Source of the DNA: Clostridia bacterium | GTDB taxonomy: Bacteria; Bacillota; Clostridia; Oscillospirales; CAG-272 | Assembly: GCA_017482495.1 (NCBI GenBank) | Contig: JAFUMU010000034.1 | Location: forward strand, 1-51,648 | Reading direction: 5' to 3' | DNA length: 51,648 nucleotides | Shown: one piece after another, positions 35,905 through 45,528 of the stretch | Position numbering within the stretch: position 1 is the stretch's first letter | Layout: every line of letters begins with the position of its first letter | The notes under the pieces: model-generated | Databases searched by the model: none | What the model was told of the DNA's origin: nothing | What the model saw: the letters and a program-made list of their open reading frames with translations, nothing else | Program-made: the position numbers and the translations under genes

Positions 35905-36180
35905 TAAGCAAAATTCGTAGCGGTTACAGTATTTAAGCCTGCCCCAATGCGACGTAGGCGCATAGGAAAAAGAAAAGGATATGAATAACGGTAGTTCGCT
36001 TCCGTTTTCATATCCTTTTGTTTTTCCGTAAAAATCTGCCACCGGGCAGATTTCGGGCAGGCGCGATCTTCGCTGCACCATTCCACCCCCATTTAGCTAA
36101 AGAATACCTTTACCACAATATAAGCGTTAATTAAAAAGGTTTGGGGGTGCAGGGGGGATTTCCTTAAAATCCCCCTTGCA
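35905..36180. mobile_element. Multi-hairpin repeat element, copy C (left end missing, larger segment inverted)
   Basis: Closing stem gcctgccc (35937-35944)/gggcaggc (36055-36062), central aaggatatga...tcatatcctt hairpin, right end catttagc...aaaaggtttggggg...gggggatttccttaaaatccccc as in copies A and B. Confidence 0.68.
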
Positions 36181-36236
36181 TAAATCCCTGCCAAAAAAGG
36201 GGGACCTTTCGAAAAAGGTCCCCCGAACAATATTCG

Positions 36237-37481
36237 TCACTTATTATACTTATCAAGGTCAAACTGCTCGCCGCAGCCGTAGTTTTCGTAAACGTAGTCG
36301 ATATCCTTATCGCCTCGGCCGGAGAGGCAAACCAGGATAGATCCGTGCTTATGAGTTTTTGCATACTTGATGGCATACGCAACAGCATGGGCAGATTCGA
36401 TTGCGGGGATGATTCCCTCGTAGCGGCTGAGAAGGAAGAATGCTTCCATAGCCTCCTCATCGGACACAGCCTCGTAGTGAACTCTGTTCTGGTCGCGCAG
36501 GTATGCGTGCTCTGGGCCGACGCCGGGATAGTCAAGTCCGCTTGCGATAGAATAAACGGGAAGAGGCTCGCCGTTTTCATCCTGAAGAACGTAGCTGTCA
36601 AAGCCGTGGAGTCGTCCCTTGGTACCGAACTTCATTGTTGCCGCGTGGTCGCCCACAGCCTCACCTCTGCCAAGAGGCTCAACGCCGTATATCTCAACGG
36701 GGTCTGCAAGGAAGGGTGTGAACATACCGAGAGAGTTGGATCCGCCGCCTACGCAGGCACAAACTGCATCGGGCATGATTCCTGTCATCTCAAGGAACTG
36801 CTCTCTTGCCTCGATTCCGATAACAGACTGAAAATCGCGGACCATCTTAGGGAAGGGATGGGGTCCAAGGCAGGAGCCGATGCAATAGATGGCGTCGTTA
36901 TATTCCTTGCTGTACGCTTCAAATGCTGCGTCAACAGCTTCCTTAAGAGTTTTAAGTCCGTGGGTTACGGGAACTACGTTCGCTCCCAGCATCTTCATTC
37001 TGATAACGTTGGGATGCTGCTTCTCTATATCAACCTCGCCCATATAAATGTCGCATTCAAGTCCGAAATATGCCGCAGCTGTTGCAAGTGCAACACCGTG
37101 CTGTCCCGCACCTGTCTCGGCGATAACCTTCTTCTTACCCATAAACTTCGCAAGAAGTCCCTCGCCCATGCAGTGGTTCAGCTTATGGGCGCCTGTGTGG
37201 TTAAGGTCCTCTCTCTTAAGATATATCTGGCAGTTGCCGAAGAGCTTGGAGAGACGCTCGCAATGGTAAACGGGAGTGGGACGTCCCTGAAATTCCTTGC
37301 GTATTCTGCGAAGCTCGTTAATAAACTGAGCAGAATGGCAGATAGCCTCGTATGCGTTGTCTGCCTCCTCAAATGCGGGCGCAAGCTCGGGTGTGAGATA
37401 TGCTCCGCCGTATTCACCGAAATATCCCTTATCGTCGGGGAATTCCTTCAAATAATTATCAAAATCCTTGTATTTATTCAT
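36237..37481 (-). CDS. trpB: Tryptophan synthase beta subunit
   Basis: [52 protein letters not shown]. Confidence 0.96.
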   Translation of the reverse strand: MNKYKDFDNYLKEFPDDKGYFGEYGGAYLTPELAPAFEEADNAYEAICHSAQFINELRRIRKEFQGRPTPVYHCERLSKLFGNCQIYLKREDLNHTGAHKLNHCMGEGLLAKFMGKKKVIAETGAGQHGVALATAAAYFGLECDIYMGEVDIEKQHPNVIRMKMLGANVVPVTHGLKTLKEAVDAAFEAYSKEYNDAIYCIGSCLGPHPFPKMVRDFQSVIGIEAREQFLEMTGIMPDAVCACVGGGSNSLGMFTPFLADPVEIYGVEPLGRGEAVGDHAATMKFGTKGRLHGFDSYVLQDENGEPLPVYSIASGLDYPGVGPEHAYLRDQNRVHYEAVSDEEAMEAFFLLSRYEGIIPAIESAHAVAYAIKYAKTHKHGSILVCLSGRGDKDIDYVYENYGCGEQFDLDKYNK

Positions 37482-37581
37482 TATAATATCCTTACCTTTC
37501 TTTATTTAAAATCATTTCAGCTCGCTTACTCTCAGCCACGCCATCGTCCGGATAAAATAAACATAACTTTTCTCCTGAATA

Positions 37582-37832
37582 TAAAAAATCCCAAGCGTAA
37601 AACAACGCTTGGGACGAAATAACTAATTTCGCGGTACCACCCAAATTGACTGTCAGGTCCACTCTGCCGCATACTGACATATGCGCTCCGCTGTAACGTG
37701 CGTTCACGTCGACGCCTACTTGATTCGGGCCGCCCTCAAAAGCCCATTCACCGCTTCTCCGCTACCGACTCCCACCAACCGTCGGCTCTCTGAAAACCTG
37801 CAAAGCAGCTACTATCCTTTTTCATCGGTTTA
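37582..37832 (-). promoter_or_regulatory. T-box riboswitch (Trp specifier) with terminator
   Basis: Minus strand: agagagccgacggttggtgggagtcgg (AG box/stem I), specifier loop gaaTGGg, T-box aatttgggtggtaccgcg, terminator tcccaagcgt..acgcttgggatttttt; promoter TTGACA (37865-37860)-N17-TAAAAT. Confidence 0.92.
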
Positions 37833-37958
37833 TATTATTTTATCACAGCCCTTCTGCCTTGTCAAGGGGAAACATTCACCTTTCGGGCAAAAGTAACGGC
37901 TATTGACATATTGTTTTAAATAAGGTAGAATATCTTATATAAATATAAGGAGTACCCC

Positions 37959-38873
37959 ATGAAAAAAATCCTTTCAATTGTAATATGTATGCTTCTTGTG
38001 CTCGGCACCCTTCCCCTTTCGGGTGCGGCATCCTGTGCTCACAGCTACTCATCCAAAAGCGTTCCCAGATCCTGTATCTCACGGGCAAAAACTGTATACA
38101 CCTGTCAAAAATGCGGCAATTCTTATTTTACATCCTCATCCGTCTACACCAAGCCGGACGGCTTCTATTTTGCAGTTGACGGAGACCGCGACGCAGATAC
38201 CCTTTCCGTTAAAGTGGTGGTGGGCAACAATCCCGGTCTTTGGGCAAGCAGACTTACACTAAGCTACAACGGAGAAGCGCTTCAGGCACTTACAGCCTCC
38301 AACGGAACAGTATGGGAAGAAACGGCGTCTGTAAATATCAATCACGATCAAAGCTACATAAGATTCTATTGCCAGAACAGCGAGCTCAGCGATAATACGG
38401 CCAACGGTACGGTCTTCACGGCTACATTCAAGATACTTGATGTTATGGACAAATGGAACGTGGAGCTTACTGCGGGCAAAAGAGATAATGTCAGCTACAC
38501 AAACGGTGTGCAGATCTTTGAAACTGTCAACGCTGTAACCCTTGGCTACGGTGAGCATGCCTATGACAGCGGAGTGGTATCAGTTGCTCCCACAGTTACA
38601 AGCGAAGGACAGATGCTCTACACCTGCACACTTTGCCCTGCAACAAAGACAGAAAAGATCGACAAGCTCATTGCATACGCTAAGGGCGATATCGACGGCG
38701 ACGGCGACGTGACTATGCTTGATCTTTTCAAGGCAAAGCTTTTTATCAAGCAAATGGCAATCCCCACTCAGCTTGAAGCAACTGCCGCAGATATTGACGG
38801 CGACGGCGAGGTCACCATGGTTGATTCATTTGAGATAAAATACAGGATATCCAAGGGCAACTGGAGACAGTAA
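37959..38873 (+). CDS. Secreted cohesin-like plus dockerin protein with Cys-rich repeats
   Basis: Signal peptide; cohesin-like VVVGNNPGL...LSYN...NGTVFTATFKI; duplicated dockerin Ca-loops GDIDGDGDVTMLD / ADIDGDGEVTMVD. Confidence 0.78.
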   Translation: MKKILSIVICMLLVLGTLPLSGAASCAHSYSSKSVPRSCISRAKTVYTCQKCGNSYFTSSSVYTKPDGFYFAVDGDRDADTLSVKVVVGNNPGLWASRLTLSYNGEALQALTASNGTVWEETASVNINHDQSYIRFYCQNSELSDNTANGTVFTATFKILDVMDKWNVELTAGKRDNVSYTNGVQIFETVNAVTLGYGEHAYDSGVVSVAPTVTSEGQMLYTCTLCPATKTEKIDKLIAYAKGDIDGDGDVTMLDLFKAKLFIKQMAIPTQLEATAADIDGDGEVTMVDSFEIKYRISKGNWRQ

Positions 38874-39004
38874 ATAAATACCTTTCAATACAAAAAGCGG
38901 ATATTTCCTAAGTGGAAACTCCGCTTTTTTTGATAATTTTTTGTTTTTGTACAGTTTTAACAAACTTATTTTTTTGCGAAAAAATCTCTTGACAAGCCGT
39001 TTTG

Positions 39005-39099
39005 TTTTCCACAGGCTGTTGAAAACCGTGTTGAAAAGCCCGTTTTTCCTGCAATTCAAGGGGTATTTTTCAAAAAACTTTTCCAAAGCCTGTTGAAAA
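39005..39099. promoter_or_regulatory. Cluster of DnaA-box-like 9-mers
   Basis: ttttccaca (39005), tgttgaaaa x3 (39017, 39029, 39091), ttttccaaa (39079) next to an AT-rich tract. Confidence 0.5.
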
Positions 39100-39204
39100 C
39101 TCTGCTGTCGGGAAATGATTCCATAAAATGGTATTTGTCAAAACGTAGAAAATAATATTTTGCTAAAAAATCCCTTGACACGCCCCGACACATTGTGCAC
39201 ACTC

Positions 39205-39957
39205 TTATCCCAAAAGCACATCGGAAATAAGCATGATACAAAAGCCCACAAGCAAGGAGTATGTTGCTCCGCTCTCATTTCCGTGAGCGTGAGTTTCAGG
39301 TATCATCTCGTCGCTTATAACATACAGCATGGTTCCTCCTGCAAAGGCAAGGGCAAAAGGCAGGATAACAGAAGCAATGCTGACCGCAAAATATCCGATA
39401 AGCGTTCCCACCACCTCTACAAGTCCTGTAGCCATAGCGCAAATAAATGTCTTTCTCGGACTTACTCCTGCCGAAAGCATAGGTCCTATTATTACCATGC
39501 CCTCGGGAATATTCTGAAGCGCGATACCGCCCGCTATAAGAAGCGCCTGTGATGTATCTCCCGAACCAAAGCCAACACCTGCCGCAATACCCTCAGGCAA
39601 GTTGTGTATGGCGATAGCCATAACAAACAGAAGAACCTTATCAAGACTTGTTTTGTTATGAGCTTCAATATCCCTCCCCACCATTTTGTGTAGATGAGGA
39701 ACTAATTTATCCACAAGATTGAGACACAATGCACCTGCAAATATGCCTGCTACAGTTATGATGATACCGTATTTTCCACCATATTCAAGTGAAGGCAAAA
39801 CAAGCCCCAGTACAGCCGCCGCAAGCATTACCCCCGCCGCAAATGATAATACAATATCAGAAAACTTATGCGATATCTTCTTAAATATAAATCCGATCAC
39901 CGAGCCGAACATGGTTGCTCCGCCAACGCCGATCGCTGTTAATAATACCAGCTTCAT
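39205..39957 (-). CDS. ZIP (ZupT/GufA) family metal transporter
   Basis: FAAGVML, HNLPEGIAAGV, QNIPEG, AGGTMLYVISDEMIPE. Confidence 0.93.
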   Translation of the reverse strand: MKLVLLTAIGVGGATMFGSVIGFIFKKISHKFSDIVLSFAAGVMLAAAVLGLVLPSLEYGGKYGIIITVAGIFAGALCLNLVDKLVPHLHKMVGRDIEAHNKTSLDKVLLFVMAIAIHNLPEGIAAGVGFGSGDTSQALLIAGGIALQNIPEGMVIIGPMLSAGVSPRKTFICAMATGLVEVVGTLIGYFAVSIASVILPFALAFAGGTMLYVISDEMIPETHAHGNESGATYSLLVGFCIMLISDVLLG

Positions 39958-40105
39958 ATAATACCTCCGTTACTATTCTATACTGATTATAGCATATCTT
40001 GATGCGATTTCAGTAACAATATCACAAAAATACAGTTCGAATGCTATATTGAGCAAAAAACTCCCGACCGTTCGGTCGGGAGCTGATTACTATTATAAAC
40101 TACAA

Positions 40106-40969
40106 TTAAGCCTTGCCAACAGAACCGAAGAGCTCCATCTTTTCCTTAACAGTTGCCTTGATAGCTGCTGTACCGGGAGCGAGAAGCTTTCTGGGGTCGA
40201 AGCCCTTACCCTGGAGATCCTTGCCTGCTTCAATGTATTCACGAACTGCAGCAGCAAAGGAGAGCTGGCACTCTGTATTAACGTTGATCTTAGATACGCC
40301 AAGAGAGATAGCCTTCTTGATCATATCAGCGGGGATACCTGTACCGCCGTGGAGAACGAGGGGCATATCGCCTGTCTGCTGCTGAATTCCGTCAAGAGTC
40401 TCGAAGGAAAGTCCTGCCCAGTTTTCGGGATATACGCCGTGGATGTTACCGATACCTGCTGCAAGCATTGTTACGCCCAGATCAGCGATCATCTTGCACT
40501 CTGCGGGATCTGCACACTCGCCTGCGCCGATAACGCCGTCTTCCTCGCCGCCGATGGAACCAACCTCAGCCTCAAGGGACATATTCTTCTCTGCACAAAC
40601 TGCAACAAGCTCCTTAGTCTTTGCGATGTTCTCCTCGATGGGATAGTGAGAACCGTCAAACATGATGGAAGAAAATCCTGCTTCGATGCACTTGTAGCAG
40701 TCCTCGTAAGTACCGTGGTCAAGGTGGAGAGCAACGGGAACTGTGATGCCCAGAGAGTCAACCATAGCGTCAACCATAGCAGCAACAGTCTTAAATCCTG
40801 TCATATACTTGCCTGCGCCTGCGGAAACACCCAGGATAACAGGGCTTCTGAGCTCTTCTGCGGTCTCAAGAACGGCACGTGTCCATTCAAGGTTGTTGAT
40901 ATTGAACTGGCCAACTGCGTATTTGCCTGCTTTAGCCTTTGTGAGCATATCTTTTGCGTTTACTAACAT
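40106..40969 (-). CDS. fba: Class II fructose-1,6-bisphosphate aldolase
   Basis: FNINNLE, HLDHG, MFDGSH, GGEEDG, GNIHG, VLHGGTG, KINVNT, FDPRK. Confidence 0.97.
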   Translation of the reverse strand: MLVNAKDMLTKAKAGKYAVGQFNINNLEWTRAVLETAEELRSPVILGVSAGAGKYMTGFKTVAAMVDAMVDSLGITVPVALHLDHGTYEDCYKCIEAGFSSIMFDGSHYPIEENIAKTKELVAVCAEKNMSLEAEVGSIGGEEDGVIGAGECADPAECKMIADLGVTMLAAGIGNIHGVYPENWAGLSFETLDGIQQQTGDMPLVLHGGTGIPADMIKKAISLGVSKINVNTECQLSFAAAVREYIEAGKDLQGKGFDPRKLLAPGTAAIKATVKEKMELFGSVGKA

Positions 40970-41229
40970 TTCAAATACTCCTTAAAAAAGAAAATTTTGT
41001 TATCAAACTAATTTATTATAACCTATATCCCACACAAAAATCAAGAGAAATGCAGTAATTTATTTACGTAATAACAAAATCATTCAAAAAGTACGAATTT
41101 TGTGTATCAAACAGTACAATTTTTATTTGACTTTTACTCTGTATAGAGTTATCATATATGTATAAAATATCACAAATAAGGCGGAATCTTGCTTTATTCT
41201 CTCCGCCTTTAGAAAGATTTGGTACTCAT

Positions 41230-42660
41230 ATGCGCAGAACTAAAATAGTTTGTACTCTCGGCCCCGCCAGCTCAAATGAAAAGGTTATTGAAAAAATGCT
41301 TCGTGCAGGAATGAATGTTGCCCGTCTTAATTTCTCCCACGGAACTCATGAGGATCATGCAAAGACGCTCGAAACATTCAGAAGCGTACGTGACAGACTT
41401 GGCCTCCCCGCGGCTATCATGCTTGATACCAAGGGACCTGAGATCCGTTTGAAAACTGTTAAGAATGGCTGTATCACCGTTGAAACAGGTGACAAGCTTG
41501 TCCTTACTTCAAGAGAAGTGGTTGACGGCGAGAAGGAGATCACTATCACCTACGGCCGTCTTGTTGACATAATCAAGGTAGGTACTAAGATCCTTATCGA
41601 CGACGGTAAGATCCATCTTTTAGTTGAAGAAACAACAGACACAGACATCATCTGTAAAGTAACCGACGGCGGAGAGATCAGAAACAGAAAGAGTATCAAT
41701 ATCCCCAACTTCTGCGTTGATATGCCATACCTGAGCGAAGCAGACAAGTCCGACATTCTCTTCGGAATCGAGCAGGACGTTGACTTTATCGCCGCATCCT
41801 TCGTCCGCTCAAAGAAGGACGTTATAGATCTTCGTAAGTTTATCGACTACAACGGCGGTCACAGCATCAAGATCATTGCAAAGATAGAAAACATGCAAGG
41901 CGTTGACAACTTCAACGAGATACTTGCCAACTCCGATGGTATCATGGTAGCGCGAGGTGACATGGGCGTAGAAGTTGATTTTGAAAAGCTTCCCGGTATT
42001 CAGAAGTCCTTTATCAAGCGCTGCTATCAGGCAGGCAAGATCGTTATTACAGCAACACAGATGCTTGAATCCATGATAAGCAATCCCATGCCTACAAGAG
42101 CCGAGATATCCGACGTTGCAAACGCAGTATTCGACGGAACAAGTGCAGTCATGCTCTCAGGCGAGACAGCAATGGGCGTTAACCCTCCCCACGTTGTTGA
42201 GGTCATGGCAAAGATAGCCCGTCAGGCGGAGACCGACGCAATCAGAATGGGCGCATATAAGGGAGTGATCGAATTCGACGACGACGAGGATACAACAAAT
42301 GCAATCTGCGATGCTGCTTGTACAACTGCTCAGGACCTTAAGGCAAGAGCTATCATCGCCGTAACCAAATCCGGCTACACAGCACGCCGAGTTTCCAAAT
42401 TCCGTCCCCGTCAGGCGATCGTTGCATCCACACCTGTTAAGAAAACATATCACCAGCTTTCAATGTCCTGGGGTGTACTTCCTGTTCTGTCCCTTAATCA
42501 GACAGATACAGACAGCCTGTTCCAGCACGCCATCGACTGCGCAAAGCAGGTAGACGTTGTAAAGGTAGGCGACAGAGTCGTTATCACCGCAGGTGTACCT
42601 CTCGGCCGCTCCGGAACTACCAACATTCTTAAGGTTGAGACTGTAGAAGGCTCAAGATAA
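41230..42660 (+). CDS. pyk: Pyruvate kinase
   Basis: RRTKIVCTLGPAS, RLNFSHG, DTKGPEIR, AKIE, ARGDMG, ATQMLESM, MLSGETA. Confidence 0.97.
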   Translation: MRRTKIVCTLGPASSNEKVIEKMLRAGMNVARLNFSHGTHEDHAKTLETFRSVRDRLGLPAAIMLDTKGPEIRLKTVKNGCITVETGDKLVLTSREVVDGEKEITITYGRLVDIIKVGTKILIDDGKIHLLVEETTDTDIICKVTDGGEIRNRKSINIPNFCVDMPYLSEADKSDILFGIEQDVDFIAASFVRSKKDVIDLRKFIDYNGGHSIKIIAKIENMQGVDNFNEILANSDGIMVARGDMGVEVDFEKLPGIQKSFIKRCYQAGKIVITATQMLESMISNPMPTRAEISDVANAVFDGTSAVMLSGETAMGVNPPHVVEVMAKIARQAETDAIRMGAYKGVIEFDDDEDTTNAICDAACTTAQDLKARAIIAVTKSGYTARRVSKFRPRQAIVASTPVKKTYHQLSMSWGVLPVLSLNQTDTDSLFQHAIDCAKQVDVVKVGDRVVITAGVPLGRSGTTNILKVETVEGSR

Positions 42661-42663
42661 CAC

Positions 42664-42695
42664 AAAAAAATAGCTCCGTTTGGAGCTATTTTTTA
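42664..42695. terminator. Bidirectional terminator between pyk and the convergent gene
   Basis: aaaaaatagctcc-gttt-ggagctatttttt. Confidence 0.82.
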
Positions 42696-42762
42696 TATGC
42701 AGAATGAAATCTGCGAGCAGCCCGTCCTACGGAGCATAAAAGATCGGGTATACAAGCTTTTG

Positions 42763-43356
42763 TTATTCTTCATTTTTCGCAGCTCTTGAGAATATTTCCA
42801 TAGAAGTACCCGAGTCACGCACAAGGATATCCTGCGGCAGGCGGAGCATTTTATATGTTACGTAAAGATCACCTGCGGCGCCTGAAATATTCATTATCTG
42901 AATAAAATATACGCTCCAGAAAAAGTCCCTGGGAACAAAAATACACAGCACGGAAAGAACAAGTCCCCATATGATGACGGGAGAAAGGGCTATAACAAGA
43001 TAGCTCTTTTTATCGTAGAACCATTTACTGCCTGCGTAGGCATACGAAAGCTTGAAGCCGTAAAACGCCTTTTCTCCGCTGTACATCCTGAAGAAAAATC
43101 CGTGCACCAGTTCATGGAGGATTATATACACAACGCTTCCTGCTATTATAACACTGAAACGCAAAGCGTACATAGTCATTCCCGACGACATATCAAAAAG
43201 CATACCGATACTCTTAAAGGGGAGCACCAACGCCATCATAAGTATGGCGATAACCGCTGCTCCCACATTTACAAGTAGAAAAAGCTTTTTATTGTTTGAC
43301 AGGTCAATAGTGAATATCTTCTCATAGCCCTCAGGCAGATTCTTACAAGGTCTCAT
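42763..43356 (-). CDS. DUF3267-type membrane zinc metalloprotease-like protein
   Basis: HELVHG zincin motif in TM context; NISGAAGDLY motif. Confidence 0.8.
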   Translation of the reverse strand: MRPCKNLPEGYEKIFTIDLSNNKKLFLLVNVGAAVIAILMMALVLPFKSIGMLFDMSSGMTMYALRFSVIIAGSVVYIILHELVHGFFFRMYSGEKAFYGFKLSYAYAGSKWFYDKKSYLVIALSPVIIWGLVLSVLCIFVPRDFFWSVYFIQIMNISGAAGDLYVTYKMLRLPQDILVRDSGTSMEIFSRAAKNEE

Positions 43357-43361
43357 ATTTT

Positions 43362-45293
43362 TTATTCCTCACTAACGCTTCCCACAGGCTCGGGGGCGGC
43401 TTCCGTTTGTGCTTTGTTTTCCGGCTCAGCGTCGGACTCATTTGCTGGCTCCGTTTCAGCATCACTCTCGCTCTTCGCTTCCACCGCACGCTCCGCTTTC
43501 TCAGCCTCTGACATGGGGGCATTTTTCTTTTTCTTCACAACAAGGATCACCACCGTTGCCGCAAGGACGGCTATGACCAGCACCACACACACTGCTGTCA
43601 GCTTTGATGTGGGAGCATCCCATCCTGACGGAATAGGCTCCTCATATGCATCTCCGCAGTTTGCGCACACGGTCTTCCTTTCGCCTCTTTCAAAGAACGA
43701 GGCTTCCTCTGTTATTTCTGTATTATAGCTGTGTCCTGTTGCACTTATTGTCTGTTTCTCTGTATGCTCACAGGCTGTACAATTATATTCCGCATAGCCA
43801 TCAGAAACGCATGTCGCCTTTTGCTCTGATACAAGCTCTGTTGTGTGTCCCGTTTTTGGAACCGTCACCGTTTCCTCAACACCGCATCTGTTACATACAG
43901 TATGTGTACTGCCGTCCTGTGTACAGGTCTGCTGTGAAAGGACCGTGACCGTATTATCATGACCTAAGGCTTCAATAGTCTCCTCTATATCCTCTCCGCA
44001 AGCTGTGCAGGTATATTTCTTATATCCCGCCTCAGTACAGCTCGGTTCCTTTTCTTCATTGAGCACCGGACTGTGTCCCAGAGCAGGAAGACTTTCGTAT
44101 TTATTCTCCTTGCAGGTCTCACAGTAGTAGGTTATCTTACCCTCTGAGGTACATTTTGGTTCTATGCGCTCGGCCAGCGTCCACGTGTGCCCCTCGGACT
44201 TGATCACCTCTCTGTATGTATGATTACAGTTGGAGCAGGTGTACTGATAGTACCCGTCGACTGCGTGAGTGACCTCTCTTTTATCGGAAACATAGTAGCT
44301 GTGGGGCTTTGCCTCGATATACTTTATCTCTGTGTGGTTTTCACACTCAACGTCCTTCTCGTTTAAGTTGAGCGTTATCCTGCATTCCTTCTTTACATAT
44401 CCGTCAACTCCGCATTTCGCTTCTTGACTTGTTTCATTTATCCAATAATGAGCGTCAGGCGCCGCCGCAAGTAATGTGATGTTCTTTCTGTGACCGCAGA
44501 CGGTGCAGTGCTGTGACTGCTTGCCCTGAAACATACAGTTGGAGGGGAAATCCTGTCTCGGTGTGTCCTCATAGGTGTGAACATGATTGGTGTAGTAATT
44601 GATGATCGCCTCCGCATCACCCTCAGCCAGCTTCTCGATTCCGCCGTCAGCAAAGATTATTGCCGCATCGGATGCGTTGGTAAAAAATCCGTGCTCGATA
44701 AGAATGGAGCCGATACCGAATTTAGAACACCATGTGGGTATACCGTAGTAATCGGAAAGAACTCCCAAAGAGGGGTCCTTACAGTCCCACTGCTTCTCTG
44801 AATTCCAATAATATCCCTCGTTGTCCTTTCTCTGTATAACTCCCTTGACGGGAAGCCCTGTCTTGGCAGAGAGAGAATTGCAAACATCCTGCGCCAGGTC
44901 TGCCATTTCATATTCCGGAAGGACAGAGGTGATAACAGAAACGCCTCTGTCATAATATGTGCTTCCGTCAAAGTGCAGGCTTACAAGCAGGTCGGCATTA
45001 ACAGTGTTGGCATAGATGCCTCTTGCAGCAAGGGGAAGATCGTAGTCTCCGTCCCTTGTCATATGTACGATAAAATTACCGTTAGCCTCTAATTTCTCCT
45101 TGAGAAGCTGAGCCAGCTTGAAGGTCATCACCTTTTCTCCAACACCGTTTCTGGCAGTACCTACATTAACACCGCCGTGACCGGGATCAAGCACTATTAC
45201 TATCTTATCCTCTCCCTCAAACACGGCGCCCGATACGGGCACCAATTGGATAAGTAAGATCATACAAAGTATGATCGCTGATATTCTCTTCAT
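43362..45293 (-). CDS. Membrane-anchored N-acetylmuramoyl-L-alanine amidase (Amidase_3) with Cys-rich repeat stalk
   Basis: Signal peptide; LDPGHGG, EK, SLHFD, IEHGF Zn/catalytic residues; about 8-9 repeats H...xCT..G...y.C..C; C-terminal TM + KKKK + acidic tail. Confidence 0.88.
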   Translation of the reverse strand: MKRISAIILCMILLIQLVPVSGAVFEGEDKIVIVLDPGHGGVNVGTARNGVGEKVMTFKLAQLLKEKLEANGNFIVHMTRDGDYDLPLAARGIYANTVNADLLVSLHFDGSTYYDRGVSVITSVLPEYEMADLAQDVCNSLSAKTGLPVKGVIQRKDNEGYYWNSEKQWDCKDPSLGVLSDYYGIPTWCSKFGIGSILIEHGFFTNASDAAIIFADGGIEKLAEGDAEAIINYYTNHVHTYEDTPRQDFPSNCMFQGKQSQHCTVCGHRKNITLLAAAPDAHYWINETSQEAKCGVDGYVKKECRITLNLNEKDVECENHTEIKYIEAKPHSYYVSDKREVTHAVDGYYQYTCSNCNHTYREVIKSEGHTWTLAERIEPKCTSEGKITYYCETCKENKYESLPALGHSPVLNEEKEPSCTEAGYKKYTCTACGEDIEETIEALGHDNTVTVLSQQTCTQDGSTHTVCNRCGVEETVTVPKTGHTTELVSEQKATCVSDGYAEYNCTACEHTEKQTISATGHSYNTEITEEASFFERGERKTVCANCGDAYEEPIPSGWDAPTSKLTAVCVVLVIAVLAATVVILVVKKKKNAPMSEAEKAERAVEAKSESDAETEPANESDAEPENKAQTEAAPEPVGSVSEE

Positions 45294-45528
45294 CTCATTC
45301 TCCGATATATAGTTTTTATCACTAATACGACATAAAACGACAATACCTTACGATTATAACAAAATCATCCTATAAAGTCAACGATTTTGACAATTTGAAT
45401 GTAGTTATGTTCACTAAAAAATATAAAAAATACACATAATGCAGTTGACGAGGAAGGAAAAATATAGTATAATTGTGTAAAGTGCCGCAAGTAGGATATT
45501 GGCAAAAATTCGTCTGTTGGAGGTTTTC

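Noticed and set aside
36345-37622. 425-aa ORF antisense to trpB
   Set aside because: Shadow ORF arising from the codon bias of the real gene; no RBS or recognisable motifs.
40049-40966. 305-aa ORF antisense to fba
   Set aside because: Mirror frame of a highly biased housekeeping gene; no protein features.
42711-42736. Possible lone GTAG REP (cccgtcctac)
   Set aside because: Palindrome too degenerate to call.
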